This document shows positions 50,201-58,336 of a stretch of DNA of 64,000 bases, piece by piece (the stretch's first letter is position 1; the number at the start of each line of letters is the position of its first letter). Made by a program: the position numbers and the translations under genes. Location of the stretch: positions 124,001-188,000 of the forward strand of contig CBFFRQ010000062.1 of NCBI GenBank assembly GCA_965644315.1, in the 5' to 3' direction. Source of the stretch: Caecitellus pseudoparvulus. Its lineage: Eukaryota > Protista > Bigyra: Bicosoecida. A model generated the notes under the pieces. It was not told the origin of the DNA. It saw only the letters and a list, made by a program, of their open reading frames with translations, and ran no database searches.

Positions 50201-53200
50201 CTGGCACTCCTGCCCTCACGACCGTCCTTACCGTCCCTGTGGACATCACGGATGTGAACGAGAAGCCTGAGCTGAGGGAGGTTTCCAGCGGCTCTTACAA
50301 GTTTGAGATCGGCCTGCCTGTGCGCGCCACGGGTTTCATCGTGGAGTTCAGCGATGAAGACGCCGACGCCACCCTCCCCACTGCATCGGACTTCACCGTC
50401 ACGTCTTCTGCTGACTCCGACGACGGCCCCCCCGCCTTCTTCATGCGGGCTGTGGAGGGCTCCACCACTCAGTTTGAGCTGGTGGCTTCCTCTCAGGCCA
50501 CCTTCACGGATGCAACAACCTACACCATCACCAGCCTCGTTGTGAACAACAACTTGGATTCAGACCCCCTGAGCAACATTGACGTTGATGCCGTGCTGAA
50601 GACGTACCACCCCGAGCTGGCCGAGGGCGCGGACACGACGGTCTCCTTCACCGAGTTGAGCACAGCCGCGGAAACCATCGCCATGGTTGACAACGACGTG
50701 AGCGGGTTTGACGCAGCTGATTACACCATCGACGTGGCGGGCGGCGGTGCGACGTACATGGGCCTGACCTTCACCCTGACTCAGGACTCTGGCACGGACC
50801 TGGACCTGGTCATCACCCCTGATGCTGCCGTGGACATTGATGCCCCAGGGACGCTGTCTGAAACCCAGACTGTGTCTGTGACCGTCGCACAGACTGGCAC
50901 AGGCTTCGAGAACGACCCCGCGATGTTCAACGTCACCATCAACGTGACGCCTGTGAACGAGGTGGCCACTGCTGCCGCTGTTGCGATTGCTACGCCCACC
51001 TTGCTGGAAGACGCGAAGGACCTGGTGACTGGCATGTACACCTCCCAGGTGGTCACCGCCATCACCGTCACTGATCCCGAGGGGGATGCTTCCCCTGCTG
51101 CAGGCGTGACGGCCACTGTGGCAGACGACTCTTACCTGCAGGTGATGTACGAGTCTGGTGCCTGGGTGATCAAGACTCACGACCTGGACTTGGCCAGCCT
51201 GGGGGGCAGCTCCGCTCCCCTGGACTGCACGGTCACGTTCAGCGGCACTGGTGAGGCAGGTCAGGACTCTCCCGTGTCCACCCAAGCCTGCGCCCTCACC
51301 GTGACCAACCGCGAGGAGGTGCCCACTGTGAAGCCGAGCTACCTGCCCAGCTCCCCCAAGATCGCCGATGTGCGTGAGGAGTCCGTGTCCAAGGTCGTGT
51401 TCACCCTGACCGACGACGACTTGAACGACGGCGACAACGCCGACTTCCTGCCTGCAGACCACCGCATTACGGCTGCAGTGTTGAGTGGCGAGAGCCCTCT
51501 GGGCGGCCCAAGCGCAGACCAGTCCTTCTTCGTGGTGGACCTGAACACTGACAGCACGCCACACACCGTGACAATATCCACCAACGACGCCAACGGCCCT
51601 CTGTTGAACCGTGAGGACTTCATGCCGCACATGTTTGACCTCGTCGTGACCACTTCTGACGGCAACGCAGCCAGCGAGGCGGACGTCACCATCTCCTACC
51701 GTGTGCAAGTGACGGACCTGCAGAAGGCGCCCTTCTTGCTGGACGGCCCTGGCGGCGCAGTGGTGAACTCGGCCACCCTGTCCGTGGACGAGAACTCCCC
51801 CATCAACTCAGTCGTGGGCCCGCTGTACTTCGCTGACGACGACAACGACGTCGTGGAGAGCGTAGAGATCATTGGTCCCGCCGCGGACCTGTTCACCATC
51901 ACGCCCGACCTGAACGGCGCGGACAACTTCGTCGTGCTGACGCTGACCACGTTCGACGCGGAGGATGATCAGCCCAACGAGTACACCTTTGCCGCTCGCA
52001 TCAAGGAGCTGAAGGCCGCTGGCACCTTTGCGCACTCCCGCACGGTGACCATCACCATCACCATTGACAATGTGCCCGAGGCGCCTGTGTTCACTGCGCC
52101 ACATGAGATCCAGTGGAGCGAGTTCGCAGCCATGGACATGGTGGACGGCATCCGCGGTACTTGGGCGCAGATCACCGAGCCTGACAGTGTGCCAGGCCCC
52201 GTCCCTCTGGGCGTTGTGCAGATCAGTGATGTGGACACAGATGCCTCTGGCATTACACTGGACACCTCGAACCCCGCCTTTGACTTTGACGGCCATGAGC
52301 TGCGCCTCATCGACACCCCAGCTGGCGGGCTGTCTCAGGCCGACTTTGAGCGTGCTGGTGGCCCGGCCACTATGCTGGTGGATGTGTCTGCCACTGATGG
52401 AGACAACACCGTCACGCAGACCATTTCCGTGAAGATCATGGACGGCAACGACGAGCCTGCCATGGTTGGCTCTGGTGCCACCGCTGAGATCTCTGAGCAT
52501 CCCAACGCCGGCACTGCCATCGCCATGCCCGGCACAAGCACGCCTGCCGTGGTCGCCTTCTTCGACCAGGACGGGGATGTGGCCGACATTGCTGACAGCC
52601 TGACTCTGACTGTGGAGCCGGCGTACTTCCAGGACCTGTTCACCCTGGCCCCTGGCTTTGTTACCGCGGAGCCCGACAACTACGTCGCCATCGTGTACAA
52701 CCCGGCCGGCGGCAAGTCCCTGGACTTCGAGGATGCCATGATGCCCGCCTCGGGCGAGCTGACCATGACCGTCACTGGCATGGACGTGTGGTCTGGCGAT
52801 GCGGAGGACCTGTTTGAGCCTGTGGAGCACACCTTCACTGTGTCTGTGCTGAACACGAACGAGGCCCCAGTGGCTGTGGCCTCCGCCTTCACCGTGCAGG
52901 AGTCCACCGCTGAGACGGCCGATGCGACCTTTGACGTGGTCATCGCAGACATTGACGAGGCTGACATGCTGTCTGTTGTGTCCTTGTCCGTGACTGGCAC
53001 CCCCACCGGCACCGTGACGCTGGCCCACAGCGAGAGCTTCGCCGCTGGCGCCAAGGGCAGGCCCGGCTTGCTGACGGTGACGGTGACGGTGGAGGAGGGC
53101 GACTTTGAGACCGACCCCACCTTCACCGCCGACTTGGTCGTGTCCGGCGACTCTGCTGGCGATGCCACTTTCCCCCTGACAGTGACGCTGACCGACTTCA

Positions 53201-56200
53201 ACGAGGTGCCCGTCGTGACCCTGGTCGGCACGGGCACCAGCGGCCAGCTGGAGGTGGAGGAGAACTCCGTCAACGTCGTGGGCCAGGTCAGCATCGACGA
53301 CCCTGAGGGCGCCATCTCCAGCACTGACGTGCACCTGGTGGGCACGAGCTGGTTCGAGATCTCCTTCGACTCGGTGTCGGGCACAGAGTCCCTGTGGAAC
53401 GTGGAGCTGGTGGTGGACCCCCTGGACTTCGAGGCTGACGCGACAGATGCCAACCTGGACTTCAACATCATTGTGAACGACGGCACTGGTCGGTCTTTCC
53501 CTGGTGAGGTGGTCCTTGTGGATATTTTGGAGGCCATGAGTGTGGACACCTCCACCATCCACCTGCGGGAGGGCAGCGCCACCACCACGGCCAGCGTCGT
53601 CATCACCGACCCTGACCTGGAGTCCCTCTCCATCGCCGCCGCCGCGGGCTCTGACAACATCGGGAGCGGCATTGTGCTGACGACGGAGGCTGCTGCCCCC
53701 GGCACCATCACAGCCGTGTTCACGGGTGGCGAGGGTCTGGACTTCGAGGGCAGCCCCCAGTTCGCGTACGAGCTGGTTGTGAACAAGGCTGGCGCGGACA
53801 CGACCTTCACCATCACCATCATGGTGGACGATTACAACGAGGCACCCGTCACAGTCTTGCCAACTAACCCTGTTTTCACCTTGAGCGAGAACTCACCCTC
53901 TGGCACCGCTGTGTCGGAGACGTTCACCGTGAACAACCCCGAGGGCGACCTGTCAGCCAGCGCCATCACCACGGACAACGCACGGTGGGGCGTGCAGGGG
54001 ACGTCTTCCCCCAACGCGTACAAGCTGGTGCAGTTGGGCGCCCCCTTCGACTTTGAGGCTGACCAGGCCTCTCCCGACTTGACCTTCCACATCATCATTG
54101 ACGACTCCGCCGACACTGCTGCCGGCCTGGACGACCCCGTGGTGGAGGGCGCTCTGCGCATGGTGGAGGTGTCAGTCGTGCTTTCGGGTGTGCCTGAGGA
54201 GCCGATCTTTGCCGCGACCACCACCACGTCGTTCACAGTGCCTGAGAGCAACTTGGGCGGCGGCAAGCTGGGCCCTGCGGAGGCCTTCCTGTACGTGTCT
54301 GACCCCGACGATGTGGCGGGTGTGAATCTGGACAGCATGACCCTCACCCTCACTGGCAGCACACCTGCAGCTGATGACGTGCATGCACTGTTCGGCATCA
54401 CCAAGGTGTCTGCAGGGCAGTGGAGCCTGGAGAACAAGGAGCTGACGTTGGACCTCCTGGCCGGCATGGCGCCGTCCTACACACTGCATTTTACGGCAAC
54501 TGATGCCGATGGAGACTCCAATTCGCAGTTGTCTGTGACTGTGACCATGGGCTCCATGGCGCCGTTCCTGGTGTCTACGCCGGAGCTGTTCGTGAATGAG
54601 AACGTGCCGCTGGTGTCCCGGGTGGCCTTCCTGTCCCTCGTGGACGTGGACGGCGGCGTGGTCACGGGCGTGACTGTGCTGGGCGAGGGCGCCTCCACCT
54701 TCCGCGTGTCCAACTCCGGCAACCGCTGGATCATGACCACGCTGGCTCCTCTGGATGCCGAGACCAAGGACACGTACTCCTTCCCCATCGTCATCGCCGA
54801 CGACAGCGTGCCGCCTTCCGAGCGTGCTGTGGACGTCGTCGTGCACATCGTGGACCGTAACGAGTACCCTTCTCGCCCTGGCACCCAGCCTGGTGCGCCA
54901 GTGTCCTTTGCCTTTGCCGAGGGCGTCGCTGCAGGGGAGTGGTTCGGCATGCTGCCGACGTTTGATGTGGACCGCAACGAGACTGGCCTGCTGCGCATCA
55001 CTGCCCAGACGCCCAACACCTTCAGCGACTCTGGAGATGACTGGAACCTGGTGCGGCGTGAGGCTGGTTGGGCTCTATTCAACGCCTTTGACGCCGACTA
55101 CGAGGCTGGCCAGGATGGCGAGAGCACCATCATCATCGAGCTGGCGGATGAGCGCGAGCCCACCGTCGTGACTGCCACCTTCACCGTCAAGGTGCAGGTG
55201 CTGAACGTGAACGAGGGCGGCATGCTGACCACTGGCACCACCTTCAGTGTGGCTGAGGATGTCGGGTACCAGCAGGAGCTGGACGTGGGCCGCACTGTCG
55301 GCACCATTGCCTGGTCAGATGAGGATGACTTCACAGGGCACACTGCCCAGTACACTGCTGCCATCCAGGGCGACGTCCCCTTCACCCTGGTGTCCACTGG
55401 CCCCAAGGCTTGGGACATTGACACAGCAGTTGGCATTGACTTCGAGGCCGTCTCCAGCTACACCTTCGACGTGGTTGTGGCGGATGCCGACCCTCTTGTG
55501 CTGCCCAACGCAGCTGAGGGGCAGATGGGCAAGACCTGGACCACCACCTACACCATCGCCGTGTCTGACGTGGCTGAGCCCACTGTGACAGCGACTCCCA
55601 GTGTTACTGCCACACCTTCCTCCAGCGCCTCGCCTTCCGTCACTGCAGCTGTGACCCCCAGTCGCACAGCCGTGCCGACACCATCCTCCACCTCTGCCGT
55701 GACGCCCTCTGCCACCCCCACCCGCACCGCAGTGCCATCGCGCTCCCCTGGCGCAGTGCCCACTGCATCTGTGTCTCCCAGTGCTGCTGCGACGCCTTCC
55801 ACGACGCCTGTGCCTGGTGTCGTGCAGCGCTTCGGCCGCGGTCTGACTCAGCTGGGCGCAGTGGTGCCACTGGGCAGCGAGACTGGCTCCACGCCCCCCA
55901 CACTCCTGTTCAGCGCCAGCTCTATCGCCACTGGCAACGAGCTGTACCGCCAAGACTTCCCCGCCGCTGTGAGCCTGGCCGCTGAGCTGGCTGACGGCAC
56001 CCTGTCCTCTTCCCCCTCCCAACTGAGGCGCGTGCCCGCCCAGGACGCCGTGTGCTTCGTGGCTGCTTCCACGCAGTACGGCAAGGAGGTCTTCTGCTAC
56101 ACCAACGCAGACCGCGTGTGGCTGGCCAGCGACATCTCCCCTGGCGCAGCAGGCAGCAACCCCAAGATCCTGGCTGTGACCGGCAGCGCCTTGATCGTGA

Positions 56201-57321
56201 GCGCCACCGTGCAGGGCTCGTCTCGCTCCGCCATCTACCGTGTGAGCGTGGACGCCTCTGCCCCCAACGACTGGAGCAAGGTGGGCGACCTGCACAACGC
56301 ACGCCTGTACACCAAGACTGCCTCTGGTGCGTACTTCGTCGCAACGGGTGCAGACGACCAGGAGTACGTGTACACTGGTATGGGCGCCGTGGTCACCGCA
56401 ATCGACACGACGTCTGCCACCGCCATCGTCATCGAGTCCATGGCCGCTGCCAAGGACTCCCTCATCCTGTCTGGCTCCGATGCCGCTGGTGTCGTCTCTG
56501 TGCGCCTGTTCACGCCCGACGCCACTGGCCCCACCACCGGCACCGTCATCACACTGGGCCTGGCACGCCGTGCCCTGTCTGGCCGTGCCCTGCAGAGTGT
56601 GCGCAGCCCACGCTTCATGACGACACTGGGCGACGACGTGTACTTTGCGTGGCGCTCGGAGTCTGATCCCAGCAAGGATGCGCTGTGGCGTGTGCAGGCC
56701 ACTGGCGAGGCGTCTGAGGTGGCCATGATCCCCAAGCCTGCCTCCGCACCCACCACCGCCACTGTGCGAGCCGCCTCCATCATCGCAGCAGGCGGGTCCA
56801 TCTTCGTGGAGAGCTCTGGCACATCAGGAGATGCCACCGTCACTGACATCTTCAAGTGGGTGGACGGCACTTGGTTCGCCCTGAGCAGCCGCGATGTGTC
56901 TGCTGGGCGCGATGTCGGCTCCAACCCTGGCGCCCTCACCTCCATCTCCGACAACGCCTTCTCCTACTCCGCCACAGCCAGCGGCGAGAGCAGCCGGGAC
57001 ACCTTCATCTTCGACGCTGCTCGCTCCGCCACTGCTTCCGCGGTCATGCCCAGCGTGAGCCCCACGCCTTCCGGCAGCCCTGTGCCCGCTGCCCAGGCAT
57101 CTCAGCCCGAGCCCGAGGCTGAGGACAACAGCGGTGCCCTGGGCGCCGGCATCGCCATCATCGCTGTGCTGGTCGTCGCCATCGGCGCCTTCATGGTGTA
57201 CCGCGCTGGCGTCTGCTCCAAGCGCAAGGAGCCGGAGGCCGTGCCCGCCACCCCTGTGAACCAGGGTGCCGCGGCCCCTGCTGCCCCTGCAGCAACCACT
57301 GCTGAGCCTGCACAGGCTTAG
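44266..57321 (+). CDS. Giant single-pass cadherin-repeat surface protein (~4351 aa), intronless
   Basis: Signal peptide MRTIQSVLLTAAAGLLLAGQGVVA, many cadherin Ca-binding motifs ([ND]FE, DxD, [DN]xNE[AK]P), S/T/P stalk at about 55580-55820, ELWxxDGT-like repeats at about 55900-57020, TM GAGIAIIAVLVVAIGAFMVY and a short tail. Confidence 0.9.
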   Translation: MRTIQSVLLTAAAGLLLAGQGVVAAPSCSTGSLAQWGTDKLSCTSLGSVTAGTSVAASCTSGWVPTTTAEVEAVASEHTTFILHIGKWVAADNEFVTHDGEPMSRELVTLLLSELDGTTMQGIVEGGADACFSGSDSGGTVTYASDDCTNANMPVCNEDVTCDGATDHVYNAAIKECHLPLLFTKGDRTTFIGRDDEDTEHTTTETNPVTVVSQPLFDVTASEGGVYVGSTTLLDAYVFSNLNDADLSTGLSVTTGSGTCTLSGETFSITHVPAANGIGEHILVTADAALPCTAGETLAFSLGIGGEAFDLEVEFVPLADDFGLDGYPFNEAIGSFEAWVTGDPATPATMSRTLTILGSAATSISGFEFEEFTISGGSPFIPSITTNTLLPKRADFRGKDAGGGLGDTLVLYLLPQARTTGTHLPFGFAFSKAGATDPVPELDSGDRVVLAGQLKANDLDELMVSNGPWSIAAHSSVVVGATTGRVYLVGAVNFETTPTVAVAEALLDSVAVADSDFTIAIQNVNEPTTVEFTQLDGAAETSPLSLNEKTEYTLTFEITDGDIVAGDGTTVPDLEWAGPASMVLGLTTIEDGAGMTVELGKATYTLTITDTDLVARAVFDKANEGVSDGPLDCDGTWSLDLSFESGDSGVQSVTLDISNLETGDEPAFGTPPTPAAVDEDSTTAVSFTIDVVGPDLFPGCTPGFAVAGTVPSDTQTVTATSADIVDVDGSTGKSTVTVQVPGVPSMRTLFDADSASYDGTDGSLDWDFSLTLDTDVDTATVTVPVDTTGVSLTITGSDVSIDENAGGTATFTVVGADIMPGAEFYGNFSLSGPHFTPNTWATTKSAGSSNSATQGELSVTVTIPADTLDYPTLYDAAGDVTYPDSAPLTLTLTSDLDSQTGTLDLNVADVPEDAGSVTWTEASTLEITEGDSAGTILSVTVSDPDVLEGVPATFPTCFVTLDDEGDLPNSVSSVLLQSSPVYLLGSVVGVEYTLSGIFDFEAYAAQSSLEYTGPSSESHEVSVIIECDNTQSIEKPLTLKNVQELPDEDDFSFTVLNTVDENSESDEDIVTISIATDEFAFDFVTELQFANRDSADHATVPTGATATVTEELKDVTPRDGSATVEVSVPQHISFSLPASSWNRDGDDVVATAQISTFNLEELMEEAGVAFSNYDPEGMSAFDLRLVVLANNGQDVVASSNSFTPKLGNVPESATLCSAAAGASTATIFEVNSQATSTDPVRTAIEVVLTCDDVEGDQILDGIVDVDPVESATVTETSITPVQLPSVYDQGYFDVGLLDATQDYSFSRNATFEAEGYNFEGIVRHQFDPTQWTYSNSISFTFVAAVRIENYYGKVESLTLTVEDVDETHLESIDSKNFKCKEHRNGSITAEPVTEADTFLLKIVDEDYVPSSMVSDGTGFFSLEPRIDEDTGVELSTVLAFDRKPPKFTMGGTEVIYGVECSAFNLEELAFKDDNVGFPSSNNRSTQVIIKVGFPDSSTVDLEDVKFFLEDRNDLPVGLGLLRFRSFVVPENAAAGTPIARLDTADEDRLVRDDPITKVRVYSLGAQVEPYEIAPGVWGIRVAEGANFNFEDRQDSIEGDGFTMESSTNFDLKADTTEGEFFNPEAEIGEEIVVPSRRAQAGRFNPKGRPSLPIRDACFAIDFPPDLFSGYAYAASFSSFPSKAEHLELDSDSEPIHRVDGVAYRSTPMCIVMYDCGGPSRSDPASCDVDDPNMIASAMAFPTLLYVQDQNDAPELKDVNLVPGAEPEFTNNFTLVENTPRDTPFGTLEFFDEDAGDYVASVTVLGDQAAEFEVVFSGTQWRIHNKKAFDFEAPEANSAGSNSILVRIRITDFQATGPPASRVVPITVNIADANEVRHTVTADELEISETADGTGAGSGASMGTVTLGKAHHLGRDIVSATVVSTSLPGLDASDLSVDVSNAHASDKVLTVTYEGASDNPIFDHETGNGQFTVDLRVVDSGTPALTTVLTVPVDITDVNEKPELREVSSGSYKFEIGLPVRATGFIVEFSDEDADATLPTASDFTVTSSADSDDGPPAFFMRAVEGSTTQFELVASSQATFTDATTYTITSLVVNNNLDSDPLSNIDVDAVLKTYHPELAEGADTTVSFTELSTAAETIAMVDNDVSGFDAADYTIDVAGGGATYMGLTFTLTQDSGTDLDLVITPDAAVDIDAPGTLSETQTVSVTVAQTGTGFENDPAMFNVTINVTPVNEVATAAAVAIATPTLLEDAKDLVTGMYTSQVVTAITVTDPEGDASPAAGVTATVADDSYLQVMYESGAWVIKTHDLDLASLGGSSAPLDCTVTFSGTGEAGQDSPVSTQACALTVTNREEVPTVKPSYLPSSPKIADVREESVSKVVFTLTDDDLNDGDNADFLPADHRITAAVLSGESPLGGPSADQSFFVVDLNTDSTPHTVTISTNDANGPLLNREDFMPHMFDLVVTTSDGNAASEADVTISYRVQVTDLQKAPFLLDGPGGAVVNSATLSVDENSPINSVVGPLYFADDDNDVVESVEIIGPAADLFTITPDLNGADNFVVLTLTTFDAEDDQPNEYTFAARIKELKAAGTFAHSRTVTITITIDNVPEAPVFTAPHEIQWSEFAAMDMVDGIRGTWAQITEPDSVPGPVPLGVVQISDVDTDASGITLDTSNPAFDFDGHELRLIDTPAGGLSQADFERAGGPATMLVDVSATDGDNTVTQTISVKIMDGNDEPAMVGSGATAEISEHPNAGTAIAMPGTSTPAVVAFFDQDGDVADIADSLTLTVEPAYFQDLFTLAPGFVTAEPDNYVAIVYNPAGGKSLDFEDAMMPASGELTMTVTGMDVWSGDAEDLFEPVEHTFTVSVLNTNEAPVAVASAFTVQESTAETADATFDVVIADIDEADMLSVVSLSVTGTPTGTVTLAHSESFAAGAKGRPGLLTVTVTVEEGDFETDPTFTADLVVSGDSAGDATFPLTVTLTDFNEVPVVTLVGTGTSGQLEVEENSVNVVGQVSIDDPEGAISSTDVHLVGTSWFEISFDSVSGTESLWNVELVVDPLDFEADATDANLDFNIIVNDGTGRSFPGEVVLVDILEAMSVDTSTIHLREGSATTTASVVITDPDLESLSIAAAAGSDNIGSGIVLTTEAAAPGTITAVFTGGEGLDFEGSPQFAYELVVNKAGADTTFTITIMVDDYNEAPVTVLPTNPVFTLSENSPSGTAVSETFTVNNPEGDLSASAITTDNARWGVQGTSSPNAYKLVQLGAPFDFEADQASPDLTFHIIIDDSADTAAGLDDPVVEGALRMVEVSVVLSGVPEEPIFAATTTTSFTVPESNLGGGKLGPAEAFLYVSDPDDVAGVNLDSMTLTLTGSTPAADDVHALFGITKVSAGQWSLENKELTLDLLAGMAPSYTLHFTATDADGDSNSQLSVTVTMGSMAPFLVSTPELFVNENVPLVSRVAFLSLVDVDGGVVTGVTVLGEGASTFRVSNSGNRWIMTTLAPLDAETKDTYSFPIVIADDSVPPSERAVDVVVHIVDRNEYPSRPGTQPGAPVSFAFAEGVAAGEWFGMLPTFDVDRNETGLLRITAQTPNTFSDSGDDWNLVRREAGWALFNAFDADYEAGQDGESTIIIELADEREPTVVTATFTVKVQVLNVNEGGMLTTGTTFSVAEDVGYQQELDVGRTVGTIAWSDEDDFTGHTAQYTAAIQGDVPFTLVSTGPKAWDIDTAVGIDFEAVSSYTFDVVVADADPLVLPNAAEGQMGKTWTTTYTIAVSDVAEPTVTATPSVTATPSSSASPSVTAAVTPSRTAVPTPSSTSAVTPSATPTRTAVPSRSPGAVPTASVSPSAAATPSTTPVPGVVQRFGRGLTQLGAVVPLGSETGSTPPTLLFSASSIATGNELYRQDFPAAVSLAAELADGTLSSSPSQLRRVPAQDAVCFVAASTQYGKEVFCYTNADRVWLASDISPGAAGSNPKILAVTGSALIVSATVQGSSRSAIYRVSVDASAPNDWSKVGDLHNARLYTKTASGAYFVATGADDQEYVYTGMGAVVTAIDTTSATAIVIESMAAAKDSLILSGSDAAGVVSVRLFTPDATGPTTGTVITLGLARRALSGRALQSVRSPRFMTTLGDDVYFAWRSESDPSKDALWRVQATGEASEVAMIPKPASAPTTATVRAASIIAAGGSIFVESSGTSGDATVTDIFKWVDGTWFALSSRDVSAGRDVGSNPGALTSISDNAFSYSATASGESSRDTFIFDAARSATASAVMPSVSPTPSGSPVPAAQASQPEPEAEDNSGALGAGIAIIAVLVVAIGAFMVYRAGVCSKRKEPEAVPATPVNQGAAAPAAPAATTAEPAQA

Positions 57322-58336
57322 AGGCTGGACAGCCGTCCCGCCACCCGTTGAGCTTCCGCCCGCTTGGCCGCCTGTTCGCAGGCCTCCACGGGCAGGGCTC
57401 GACACCCCCCCCCCCCCAACCCTGTGTTTCCTCGTGTGTGTTAATCGAGTCGCAATAGTAGGCCGAGTACGCCTCGTGTGGTCCCGTGTTCGGCCCGCCT
57501 TCGGGCAGGGCCCTGCGCGTCACGCGGCAGTCCGTAGTTTTCTGGCGCGAGGGTTGTGTTGCTTCCCACAATGCAGCTTCATCGATTGCTCCATCCCGAA
57601 TTGCACGTATCTCGTCTTGCCTCAACTTCAGCCCTGAGAGCGCATGGCAGTGGGTCTTGTAGAAGAATATCGAGAGTCATTCTGTTATTGCCAGCCCCAC
57701 CGCGTTGCTAGGATTTAGCAGAGAGGTTTGCCGGACTGCAAGGCTTGAGCAGACTGTGTCCAGCAGCGCAGCCGGTTTGAAGTCTGCCTGGCTGAGCTTG
57801 CAGACCTACGAGCCGTAGCAGGCAGCGTCCAAGCTACTCTTGGGGTAGGTCCAGCGTGTTAGGTGACATGGCAACTGGTTTTATCTTTGTCCAGGTTCGG
57901 AGCACCACCGAACATCTGCTCCCGACACACCCGTGCATTTCGATCAGCCTGTGACAGCAAGCTCCTTGACACCCCAGGCAAATGGCGGTGTCCTTGTGCC
58001 AAATGCACGCTGAGCAGCATTTCCAGATCATCAGTGCGCCCCCAGCGGGCCCCCATACCTCCTTGCTGTGTCACTGTGAGTGCCGTACTTCCTGCGACGC
58101 ACCACGCTTCGCCAAACCAGCAAAGCAGCGAATCTTGACCTCGTGGACTGGGCAAACCGGAGGACTTGAAGAAACCAGCAGACCAAACGTCCGCCCTACC
58201 ATACGCAGATCTTGGCACTCGCACCCCCAGCCACTCCACCGTCACTGCGCTGCGACACAATTGGCAGTGCGTGAGGGGTGCGGAATTTGGTGCTTCTGCA
58301 GCTGCGCTGGGGCAGAGGTGGAGCTGAGAGTCAAGC

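Noticed and set aside
44266-57321. Bacterial contaminant or chimeric contig for the intronless adhesin
   Set aside because: It has eukaryotic type-I membrane topology, much of its codon usage matches the neighbours, the flanks contain intron-bearing genes, and it shares the local 3' motif. Domain-level HGT remains possible.
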